A stretch of 64,000 bases of DNA from positions 4,286,639-4,350,638 of the forward strand of contig CAVNZM010000011.1 of assembly GCA_963693365.1 (NCBI GenBank). Reading direction: 5' to 3'. This DNA is from Amoebidium appalachense. Taxonomy: Eukaryota > Protista > Ichthyosporea. Of the stretch, positions 52,629-64,000 are shown in pieces. A program made the translations under genes and the position numbers. Under the pieces are notes generated by a model that saw only the letters and a program-made list of their open reading frames with translations, made no database searches and was not told the origin of the DNA. How positions within the stretch are numbered: the first letter of the stretch is position 1; every line of letters begins with the position of its first letter.

Positions 52629-53494
52629 TTTCGTATTTTTTTTAAAAAGAAGAAGGAAACTAAGTGCTGATTTGGAGGGTTTCAGCCGAGAATGTCCCAA
52701 AAACATCAAGGAGCCCTATAGACAGGGAGTGCACGAAAAGCCTTTTTCTAAGCCGCCGGCGCGAGAAAAAACGTGTGGCCTGAGTCATAACGGGGATAAT
52801 GGCTCATGCCTTTTGGCATTATTAGTACCTGATAAAATGCTAAAATGCCTCTAGATAAACAGACTAAAGAATACAGTTTAGAGTGTAGGGGTTTGTATCC
52901 AATCAAATAACTTGACAAACCAGCACCAGATAAACAATATCAGATCAAGTGCCACTTCCTGGAATGTCACCTTCGACACGAGGCCAAGTCATATATCCAT
53001 TCCAAAAAAGGAAAAAAAGGCGCGAAATACTCCTATTGGCGGACTTGTAACCACCGCAAGTTCTGGGTTCAAATGGGCCATCTGAACACAGTTCAAAAGT
53101 GAACTTTGAAGTGAAAAACGAAAAACATCTGGCGGGCGTGACAAAGGGCTGTTAGAAACTGATTTAGTGGCATATGGCACAGAGAGAGGGTTTAGCCTTG
53201 TTTGAAATGTTTCTGTTTTCCTGAAAACTCAATGGCCTGAAGTTGTCCGGGCTGTTTTTGAATAATTATGAAAAGGGGCGGATCTACCTCTATCTACATC
53301 TACCCTACTTCTGCCTACGTCTGCGCATTTACCATTGAGTTACTGAGGCACCACCTCAGCGGTCAGGCAAAAATCTTCGGGAAACGTCTTGCTTTTCAAT
53401 GAATGCGTTAGGCACACCCACAAGCCCTGCTCGTAAACAGCAGGGCTAACTACCCTCTTCACACACACGGCCCACTAGGCAAAAGGATGCTCCC
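52629..53494. promoter_or_regulatory. Bidirectional PYCR/TICRR promoter with E2F-, CHR- and CCAAT-like sites
   Basis: GGCGCGAAA at 53019-53027, TTTGAA/TTCAAA at ~53068, 53092, 53105, 53201 and 53258, and CCAAT at ~52899 and ~53035. Confidence 0.55.
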
Positions 53495-55132
53495 ATGGAC
53501 ATACCAAGCATGAGTGAACCGATTATGGCTAGTTTAGGAACAAGGACGGGGCCGAAGCACGAACTTCGCCTCGCTGTGCTGGTGGACACGAACACTCGCT
53601 CTCTCTCCACAGGTACCTTCCCCCCTCCGCCCCCCGCTCCCACCCCCCTTCCCCTCCCTCTCCCCCAGGGGAAAGAAAAAAAAAAGAAAAAAAAAGCAAA
53701 AAAAAACACAAAAACCCAAACCACGCCCCCTCTTTTTGCCCTTTTCCCAGTCTGCTTCCCTTGCATGTGTCTCAATCCACGCCCCACAAATTGCCACATG
53801 CCATATACTAGACGAAGGACTTGGTTTATCTGTGTATTTGGTTCGCCCGCTTTCTCTCGCTGCTACTGTTTGTGCCCCCCCAAAAGGGAACTCCGACACG
53901 TAGGTTGATGCACTGACTCTTGCACGCCGTGCGTACTTTGCATCTAATAATTGTTCGTTGTAACTAACTCCTTCATACTTTCGTATTTTCAGAAGCGATA
54001 AGCGAGTTCAAGACGAACATCCGTTCTTCCGTGCTTCGTACGCTCGCCTATTTCTGTGGGCTGACGGAGAGTGATGTGAAGGGCCTCATACCTGTGCCGG
54101 TACCGAACGGAACGCACGTTGTATGGGCGTTTCGTTTTTTCGATTCGCAAGCAGTGAGCTCATCTATGGTTTCACGTAGTTTCGACGCAGTCTCTGTTGA
54201 AGGATTTGCTGATTTTGAAACGAAGTTGATTGAAGCAGTAGACGGAAATAAAACACAACCAAGTACGCATTTTTCTCCCATTGAATGCATCGAAAGAGCG
54301 CTTAGACAATCGCTTGATTATCCCTGGTTAACAGACGACATCTTTACACCCTCGCCCGTTAAGAGTGCTGCACAAAAATCCGAAAAGGAAAAAGAGAGGG
54401 CAAAAGACCAACAACAACGGATTCACGCTTTGAATGAACCAAAAAAGACTGCAACTTCCCACGGTTTCCAAGAAAAGCAGCACTACGTTTTTCTTTTTAC
54501 GGCGTTTCCGAAAACCGTGAAATCTTTCGAGATATTTGGTCGCGGTGAATCCGGGACGAATCCAGCAATTCCCATTGTCCGGATCCTTTCGTCCAGTGGT
54601 GGTGTCTTGGATGCGTTTGGAAGGAAAAAGATCAAACTGTGCTGGGTGGATACTGGGCGTGTCCCGACCGAAGGCCAGGTGAGAGAGTGTGGGTCGTTGT
54701 GCTTACCGTGTCTTTTTTCTTTTTATTATCATTTTTAGTTTTTTTTATTTTTTTGGGGGGGAGGGGGGAGGGTGTTGGAGGGAGACAGAGAAAGGAAAGG
54801 GAGTGTTCAGGGAGAGAGAGGAAGAGGGAGAAAGTGAGGGATTGAGGTGCGGGCTGCTTAGTGGGACTGGACGTTGCCTTGAACTGGCTGCTGATGTTGA
54901 AAAGAAAAGACAGGGTAAAAGGGACGGCATCCGGGGGGGAGGGGGGGGGGAGGGGCAAGGGGGTAAAAGGAAAGGACTAATGGTAGAGAAATAAAAAAGA
55001 GCCTATGAAATGTTCCGAAAGAAGTTTTTTCTCGCACAACTTCAGAGTGTCAGTCGCCTAGTCTGATACTCGCACAACTCCATGAGGATAAACCATACAG
55101 CACAGACATCGTCTCTCGCTCGATCTACACGT

Positions 55133-55174
<42 letters not shown>

Positions 55175-55907
55175 AAAAAAAAAAAAGAAAGAAAGAAAGA
55201 AAAGAAAAGAAAAAAGGAGTGTGTGTGTGTGGGGTGGGGGGGAGGTGGGGGGAGAGGGATGTGGAGCGATACGTGGTGACAGCATGTGCATCGAAGAGTA
55301 TAAGAATATGCACAGAGCATACTGATGATTGTTAGTTATGCACGACCATCATACCAATTTAGCCTTACTATCCCCCCCCCCCCCCCCCCCCTCGGGCGCT
55401 TTGGAAGAAAGGATTCTGACGTCCATTTTTTCCATAGCAGACACCGGCACCTTCCGAATGGGTGAAAATGATCGAAACGGCTCTGGGCAGAGTGCAGGGG
55501 GGATGTGTCCTCTCAATTCATAGCCTGTGTGGGGGGGCAGACACGATACCGTCTTCACTGATATTGGGGGCGACACTATACCAAACACAGTCTGGTGGTA
55601 AATCGGTTAAGTACGAACCGGAAGCGGAAGAAGGAGTGGGATTGTGTGGGTCTCTATCGGTTTCTATCAAAGGTGGGTGTGCTTGGAGTTGGGGGGTTGG
55701 GGGTGGGCGAAGCATATGTTTGTGTGTGCATTTGTTTGTGTTTTGGGTACAATGGAAAGATTGGTGTGTGGATGGGGTGGTGGGTTGGTGGTGATGGTTG
55801 TGCTGCTGGTGGGCGGAGGAGAGAGGTGGGGGAGAGGGAGAGGAGGGTGGGGTGGAGGGGTGGAGGGGTTGGGGGGGGGGGGGAGAGAGGGGGGAAAGGA
55901 GGGGTGT

Positions 55908-55962
<55 letters not shown>

Positions 55963-56443
55963 CTGGGCGAGCATACGGGTTATCTGGTGCAGATGCCTGT
56001 GTGTGGCAGTCACTGTGTGCATTTGCTTGTTGTCTGTTAGGTTGGTTGTGGAGGGATGTTAAGAAAAAGACGAGAGACGGACAAATGGATTGGAGAGAGA
56101 TGAGGAGAGAGAGAGAGAGAGGTGGGGGGGATTTTTTTTTCTTATTTTTTCCCCCCCTTTTTTTTGGGGGGGGGGGGGGGGGGGAGGGGGGGGGGGGGGG
56201 GGGATGCAAGAAACATTAGGTGTTCTGTAGAGTAAGACAAGTGGCAGGCTAGCGGATGGGGTGTTGATTGTGGGCCGTGGTAGGAGGGGTGGGTGGGCTG
56301 GGGGGAGGGGTGTGAAGGGATGGGAGGGGAGAGTGAGAGGGGGGAGGTAGGGGGGATATGGGATGTTTGCAAGCTTCACAATATTGCTTAGTTTAGCATG
56401 TTTCAGTCCTTCCCCTCCCTTCCTCCCCCTCCCCCCTTTCCCC

Positions 56444-56511
<68 letters not shown>

Positions 56512-56525
56512 CATTCACGTACGAC

Positions 56526-56569
<44 letters not shown>

Positions 56570-56622
56570 GCGCACACACAGGGGTTCACATACGTCCAAC
56601 ACACACACACACACACGCACAC

Positions 56623-56676
<54 letters not shown>

Positions 56677-57849
56677 CACACACATGCATGCATCCACGTA
56701 CGTGTGCACAATTGAGTGAGCACGAACACATACTCACACACATGTTTGCACACCCACACACACACGCGTGTCAAAAGGTCTGAAAAAATATTGAACCCTG
56801 TGTCGCCACCTCCAATCTCTCTTACGTGGCTCTCCCACACCCATTATTCACTTCTAACTGCTCTCTCTCTCTCTTTTTTCTTCCCCCTTCCAGGTCCATC
56901 TCCACTTCACCTTTCCTTTCAAGCTACACCGTGGCGCCAGCACGCACGAAAATTACCAACGAAATCCCCGTTTTTAGGCCCACAATTAGTCGGAAAAGCC
57001 TTTGGCGTTTTGCCTGTTGAAACGTCCTTACTTGCATCACAGTTGGATTATGAAAACTGCATTTTGTGCCAAACGACAGAAACCTCGGGTGACGTGAAAA
57101 ACCCAACACAGAAAACTGAAATTGAAAATCCGGATATGCGACGATTTCACCAGAAGTTGAGGGAAAGCGGGCGGGCATTGGTTTTCGAAGTATGCGCGAA
57201 TGAAAAGGAGGAGAAAGAAGAAAATTACCGAAATTTCAAAGCGGGTCTCGTTCCGTACTGGAATGGCTCGTATCTGGCGATACCGTTTGTCGAAGGTACT
57301 GAGGTTTCTTGCAACGCAAAAGATATGAAGGTAGGTGCTATTTCTGAGGTATTATAGGCCAATAGAACATGTTCCACCCCCACCACGAGTGAGAGACAGA
57401 GACACACAAGCCCACACGCACGCACACGCACACACACCCACACACACAAACACACACAAACATACACACACGCACAAACACAAACACACGGGGATTCGAA
57501 CTCTTCGATTCGGCATACCTACCCCAATACCCATCGTTCAGTACATGACACCCTCCCTCACTGGCCCCTCCCCCCCCCCCCCCCCCCCCCCGTCTCTCTC
57601 GACCCTTTCATCGTCCTTTCATCCGCAACTGCCAGAAGAAACATGCCTTACATGTATATTCTCACACCTCCCTTCCGCCACTGTATGCACCTTGTTTCCA
57701 CCACTACCCATGTTTCTTTAACCATCTTCTGACAACTACCACAGGACTTCTTAAAGCAAATTAGTGCCAGCACCGAACGCAAAGACCCAGAAATGGACCA
57801 ATCAATGGCACTTGTGCCTGTAGCCCCAAACCCACAAGGTACTCACCAC

Positions 57850-57892
<43 letters not shown>

Positions 57893-57895
57893 CAA

Positions 57896-57926
<31 letters not shown>

Positions 57927-58172
57927 GAAAGAAAGAAAAAGGAAGAGAAAAGAAACGCTGCCCTGGTCCCCCCTCCCCCCCCGCCCCCCCACACAAACAT
58001 ACACATGCACATATGATTCACACACACACAAAAAAAAAAATCCACACCCACACCCACACCCACACCTGCGCACACCACACACACGTGTACGAGCACACAC
58101 ACACGTCTAGACTCTGCACCTGTACGTGCGCGCGCGCGCGCGCGCGCACACACACACACACACACACGCACG

Positions 58173-58208
<36 letters not shown>

Positions 58209-58384
58209 TGCGTGTCACGCACAAGCACACCCACAAACACACACACTTACACACTTACACAACCGACTTCAACACTCCATCCATCCCTACGTATGGTTAC
58301 CCTCAGCTCCCAAATATCCAAATATTCCCCTCCACACTCCTGTTCGTGCCGCACTAGAGAGTTTCACTCTAACCACCAGTACTG

Positions 58385-58426
<42 letters not shown>

Positions 58427-58502
58427 AAAAAAAAAAAAAAAAAAAACCTTCCCCTCCTCCCCCCCCCCCCACCCCCCCCCCTCCTTCTTCCTTCCCATCC
58501 CC

Positions 58503-58533
<31 letters not shown>

Positions 58534-60523
58534 AAAAAAACTCCCCTTCTTTCCCTCCTTTCTCCCCCCCCCCCCCCCCCCCCTCCCATCCCCCCCCAAA
58601 AAAATAAAAAAAAATGAAAAATAAAAAATAAAAAACCTTCCCCCCCCCCCCCCCCCCCCCCGCCCCTTCTCCCCCCCTCCCCCTACTTCTTCCCTCCCTC
58701 CCCCCCCCCCCCCCCCCCCCCCACCTCCCCTCCTTTCCCCTCCTTTCTCTCTCTTACCCCCTCCCCCCTCCCCCCTCCCCGTCCCCCCCTCCCCTCCCCC
58801 CCCCCCGCCCCCCCTGCCCCTTCTCCCCCACTCCTTCCTCAGGCCCCAATACAGCACCCCCCCTCCCCCTCCATTCATGTATGCTTGAGCGTTCGTGGGC
58901 TCTCAAGAACCCACACAGCCAAGAGCACAGAGGGGCCACATATCCTGGATCAGGGTTGGATAGCCTGGTGGAGCAGTGGCTGCCTGGTGATACCACTGAT
59001 ATTTCTAATAGGTATGTTGCTGGTTATGGTAGTGCTGTCAGTGATATTAGTACAGTTTCTGTTATCGGTCGGTGGGTCGGTGGGGAGAGGGTGGGCTGTT
59101 TTTTTTTTTTTTTTTTTTTTTTTTCTTCTTCTTCTTCTTTGGGGGGGGGGGGGGGGGGGGGGGGAGGGGGGGAGGGGGGGGGGGGGAGGGGGGGGGGAAG
59201 GAGGGGGGGGAGGGGTGTGTTTAAATTCCTTTGCAATTACAGGGAACACGGATGCCCACGTGTAAGAATACGGGTATTCTTTTCTGGCGCTGTGTATTCA
59301 AACAGCATTAACAGCTATGGTGACAATTTCTTTGGATGCGCACTATAGAGATCCCCCACCCCCCACCGCAATCATGCGGTGACCACCAAACGCATGTGTG
59401 TGTGGGGTGTGTGTGTGTGTGTGGGTGGGTGGGTGGGTGGGTGGGTGGGTGGGTGGGTGGGTGGGTGGGTGGGTGGGTGGGTGGGTGGGTGTGTGTGTGT
59501 GTGTGTGTGAGCACGTGTACACATTCACGTTCTGTTTTCCTATTCACGTTGTCCTTCTCTATCTCTTAATAATTATATTCGCTATGCCTGGACATGGGCC
59601 CTTATGCATGGGCTATGCAGTGCACCTTCCTGCCCGTGCCCCCCCTCCCCCCCCCCCCCCCCCCCCCCCCCCCCGGGGACCCACACACCGTTTTCTCGAA
59701 CTCGGGCTTCTTTTGCAATCGTTTCCTTTTGTTTGTCTCATAAAAACTATCCCGGCAGGCCTGATACCACCGCCGAGTTGCTCCAACTCTACCGGCAGGC
59801 ATGTATCGATGAAATTTCAACTGAAAAGCCCCCCCTGGATGCCTCTGCCCAGAAAAATCCCCCTTCATCTGCGCAAAAGTCGGCAAGTAAGGCCCGGCCG
59901 CACAAAAAGGCAGATGGAAGCGGTAGTATGGAGCCCCCTCACCCCCCCCCCCCCCCCCCCCCCCCCCCGCGCATGTTCTTTGTCTTTGCTCTTTTCTGCA
60001 ACGTCTAGATTATGCTTGCCACCGTGAATGCGTAAACCCCCCAATGTGTACTTCGTCCTTTCTACCACGCTCTCAACCCCCCCCCCCCCCCCCCTCCCCT
60101 CCCCTCCCCCCCCCCCACATCTTTCCCCTGCATTCCCTCCTTTCTTTCTCTTTATGAATCACTTTTTCGTTTCTTGTCATCTTATTTTTCGATTTCCATG
60201 GATCCACGGAACTATGATAAACGTTCTGTGTTTACCCATGGGGGGTTTGCTATAGTATATCAACCAGTTAAACTAAATGTTGTTGCTTCTTTTCATGCAT
60301 CACACTTTACCAATGCTCTTTCTCTCAAATTATCAGGTGCCCGCAAATCCGCAAAAGACCCCCCACCAGCTGCCGATGATGCCCCATCAGCCCCCACCGA
60401 AGCAGTGGGCCAGCCGATAGGACCCCCCCAGGCTGCAAATGACGAAGATGGCCTGCAGGCTTTTGTAGAGTGGCACTGCACACAATTTCTCCAGGCAACA
60501 GAGGCACACATGGCTCTTCTGAG

Positions 60524-60554
<31 letters not shown>

Positions 60555-61323
60555 ACCCCACCCCACCCGAAAAAAAAATGGCAACAACAGACGCACACAG
60601 ACGCACATACATACACACATAAATATACACACAGGCGCGTGCACGTGCGCGCGCACACACACACATACACACACAACTCTGGAAAAAACGCATGCACGTG
60701 CGCCTGCAAAGACGTGAACACATGCACGCACGTGCCCGCACACACGCACACATACATACACTCTCTCCCTTTCCCTCCCCCCCCCCCCCCCCCCCTCTCC
60801 CCCTCTCTCCATCCCCCCCCCCCCCCCCCCTCCCTCCCTGCTCTTTTTTTCCCTCCATGATCCTCCTCACTCTCGTCTCTCTTCCTCTCCCTCTCCGTCC
60901 CTGCCTCCCCCTCTCTCTTTTACTCTTTTACACACATTTACACTACCAGGACACATAAACCACTGACATCATCACCTTATCCCCCACCACTTGTTGTTTT
61001 TTTTTTTTTTTTTTTTTTTTTGGGGTGGGGGGGGGGGGGGGGGGGGGGGGGATGGTTAGGTGAGTCATTAGTAAGATTTAGAAATCTCTCTCCCTCTGTG
61101 TTTGTGGGCGTGCGTTCGTGTTTGTTTGTGTGTGCAGCATGTGTGTCGGTGTGCCGAGGTTGGGTGTATGTGAGTGTGAATGTGTGTAGATATGCTAATG
61201 AATATAAACTGGCATTGGATGACAGAAAGGGTGCTATGAGAAAGGGGTATTTTCGGGGTGTGTGTGGGGGGGAGAGGGCGGGGACGAGGGGGGAAAGGGG
61301 AGTAGGGAGGGGAGAGAGTGTGT

Positions 61324-61405
<82 letters not shown>

Positions 61406-61527
61406 GAGGGGGGGGGGGGGGAAGAGTGGCTGTTTATTAGGAGGGCATGCGGAGGGAAACATTAACTTCCAAACTAACCTGCCAATATTCACCCCCAAAT
61501 CCCCCCCCCCCCCCCCCAAAAAAAACG

Positions 61528-61598
<71 letters not shown>

Positions 61599-62941
61599 TT
61601 CAGAGAGGCTCGTGTGGTCGGCTTATGACCGAAGTACTTCCGAGGGCTGTATCGTCAGCCACACAGGCAGGCATGTCTGACCCAAAGGTACCAGTGAATT
61701 TTCTTTTCTTTCTTTCTTTCTTCTTTTTCTCTTTTTTTAGTGAAATTGTTTTTCCTTTTGACTGGATTCACTCAACCGACTAAATATGCACTGCATACAT
61801 AGGAGGCAAAAGAAAGACTTTCATAAATTAGCCAATAGCAAGAGTTTATTAAGGAATTTCAGAATGGCTGATCTAATGCACCTTTGAAATTTTCAGCTCC
61901 CCCCCCTCTTGTATAGATACTGTGATAGTGTTAACTACCTTTGAATGGGTGCTTTAAGCCTTATCTAACCCATAGTAAACTGCATTGCTGTGTATAAACA
62001 AACGAAACTATAGCCCACCCCATTGTTCCGCAATATGCCTTTCAGCTTTCAGCATTGGGGGGGGGGGGGGGGGGGGGGGGAGGAGGAAAAAAGGGGGGGG
62101 GGGGGGGGGAAGAAGGAGGGGGGGCTTCTGCCAATAGTCCAGCTCGATAATGTGATATCCAACCTCCCCCCCCCCCCCCCCCCCCCCCTGCGCACCCGTG
62201 GGCCACCACCGCCTCCTCATACTTTCCCTTCCCTCACATCATACATCGTGTGTTTATGTAGCCAACGTACTTCGCGTTGTATACCATATCCTAACCAACC
62301 AACCATCCCCCCTCCCCCCCGTCCGTCCCCCCCCCCCCCCCCCCCCACCCTTTCTCAGGCCGTTGTATCCAACATAATCCGAAGGGCCCTTTTGAAACCT
62401 GCAGGGGACCTACAGGCTGCATTGGATTCAGGTACGTACATAACCTCAGAACAAATCCCCCCCGGCCCCCCCATTCCCCCCTCCCTCCCTCTGGTCTTCT
62501 CCCATTGCCCCCCCTCCCCCCTTCCCTCCCCCCCGCCCCATCTCTGCCATCAGCTCACGCCACCAATTCAGTGGCCCCTGTGGGTAATGCATGTTTCTGT
62601 TGTGAAAATTGGTGGTGTTTATGTTGTGGGCATTGGTAGTGTGTATGTTGTGAGCATTGGTGGTTACCGCTTTTAATCAATTATAATAATAAAACCAAAT
62701 CAAGTTAAATGAATAATATAGTTAAAACTTGTCTGAATTAAAGCGGAATGAAACAAAAAGAAGTCATCTTAATTATATGGTGGATACGTGTGCACGCTAA
62801 GACTCATGACTGCTCTACACCTTCAGAGAACCCACTTGTGGCAAGTAGTGGGAAGAAAAGGAAGTCCAAAAAAGGCAACCCCAAGACAAAGACAATTACT
62901 GTGCCCCCGGGGATGGATGTCAAGGAATTCCGGTTGAGAGA
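53495..62941 (+). CDS. TICRR: Treslin/TICRR (replication initiation factor), continuing beyond the window; exons 53495-53612, 53993-54678, 55441-55672, 56894-57330, 57745-57838, ~58843-59011, ~59759-59921, ~60337-60494, 61604-61687, 62359-62431, 62827-62941
   Basis: The N-terminal domain motifs LAVLVDT, VLRTLAYF, VVWAFRFFDSQ, DFETKL, LDYPW...SPVK, VFLF and KIKLCWVDT match human TICRR as I recall it (VMLLLDT, ALRLLTYL, VHWAFKFFDSQ, LDYQW..SPTK, KITFYWVDT). The last exon ends at RLRE, where the Sld3/Treslin domain begins. Confidence 0.88.
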
Positions 62942-63483
62942 GTTTGTGACCCCCCCCCCCCCTCCCCCCCCCCCCCCCCCTCCCCCCTCCCCCCCCCCCT
63001 TCTTCCTGCTCTTCGCCTCTTTGCCTATCGGCTGCTTCGTTCTTAGTTCAAGGGCATGTGTGTGCTTGTTTGCATATGTGTGTGTGGGTGTGTGGGTGTG
63101 GGTGTGTGTAGGTGTGTCTGTGTGTCTGTGTGTGTGTGTGCGTGCGCATGCATGCGTATGAGTGCACATGTGTGTGGTCCCTCACACAGCCGGAGTCGTG
63201 AGACGGGATTAGTGTGCCTGGACATCCGCACTTCAGTGAATGTCAATACCCTTCTTCCTTTTAGAGCACCCTCCCCCCCCCCCCCCCCCCCCCCCGCGCT
63301 TCTCAAATTTTCCCCCCTTTCTCCTGCGTCCCCTCCCTCCCCCCCCCCCCCCCCCCCCCCCTTCTCCTACCTCCAGCCACAGCACCACACTGATGGCCCA
63401 TTTCTATTTTTAGATTTCTGCTGCAAGTCTCTCTGAGGCTATTGGCTGCGGCATGGACTCACCCTCTGGAGGTTTGCACCCTC

Positions 63484-63520
<37 letters not shown>

Positions 63521-64000
63521 ACCCACCCACCTAAAAACAAAAAATAAAAATAAAGAATTGGAAATCAACATTAAAAGAAAATAAAAAGAAAAGAAAAGAA
63601 AAGCAGGAGGGGAGGGAGGAGGAGGAGGACGGAGGGGTGGGTGGGTTAGGGGGAGGGGGGGGGGGGGGGAGGGGGGGGGGGGGGAGGGGAGGAAAGGGCG
63701 GGGCAGGGGATGGGAGAATGCAAGGGGTTTTTGATAGAATCGGTAGTTTCTTGTGCACGTTACTCCCAGAATAGTCGTACGGTTGCTCTTATAGCTTTTC
63801 CTTGTCAAGATTGTTTTAATTCTCGGTGCTGCTTAAAACCAGCTCTGCCGATGTTGTTCATGTGTTTGAATCTTGCCCCTTTCTATCTTGTAGTAGTGGC
63901 TGAACCCTTCACTTATATAGCCATATTATGATATAAGGCTAATATGTGCACTTACTTTAAGGCACACCAGTGGCCCATGTAATCATTTAAGGCTAATTTG

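Overview
Intron-rich eukaryotic DNA, probably from a unicellular holozoan or other opisthokont protist (inferred from TICRR, a GABA-B-like GPCR and a FEZ-like coil). Introns and spacers are saturated with poly-G/poly-C, (CA)n and (GA)n tracts, so most entries in the ORF track are low-complexity artefacts. Genes reconstructed by hand from splice sites: the 3' part of TRAP-gamma/SSR3, a divergent profilin-fold gene, an intronless ABM-like protein, a two-exon FEZ/SCHIP1-like coiled-coil gene, a class C GPCR pseudogene, and an 8-exon pyrroline-5-carboxylate reductase head-to-head with Treslin/TICRR. There is also a head-to-head pair of disrupted, intronless secreted heme peroxidase genes. The mobile DNA is the most novel part. 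(i) A tRNA-headed SINE, an RNase H-bearing LINE fragment, an orphan LINE tail and possibly a near-intact APE-RT LINE share a covarying 3' stem-loop. (ii) A ~390 bp multi-hairpin repeat always sits between G-tracts and always has the same orientation relative to its host gene. (iii) Ultra-short CANGGCC palindromes carry 7-8 bp target duplications. (iv) There are TTAA-bounded MITEs. Single-base indels in conserved exons suggest residual assembly errors, so pseudogene calls resting only on indels are provisional.
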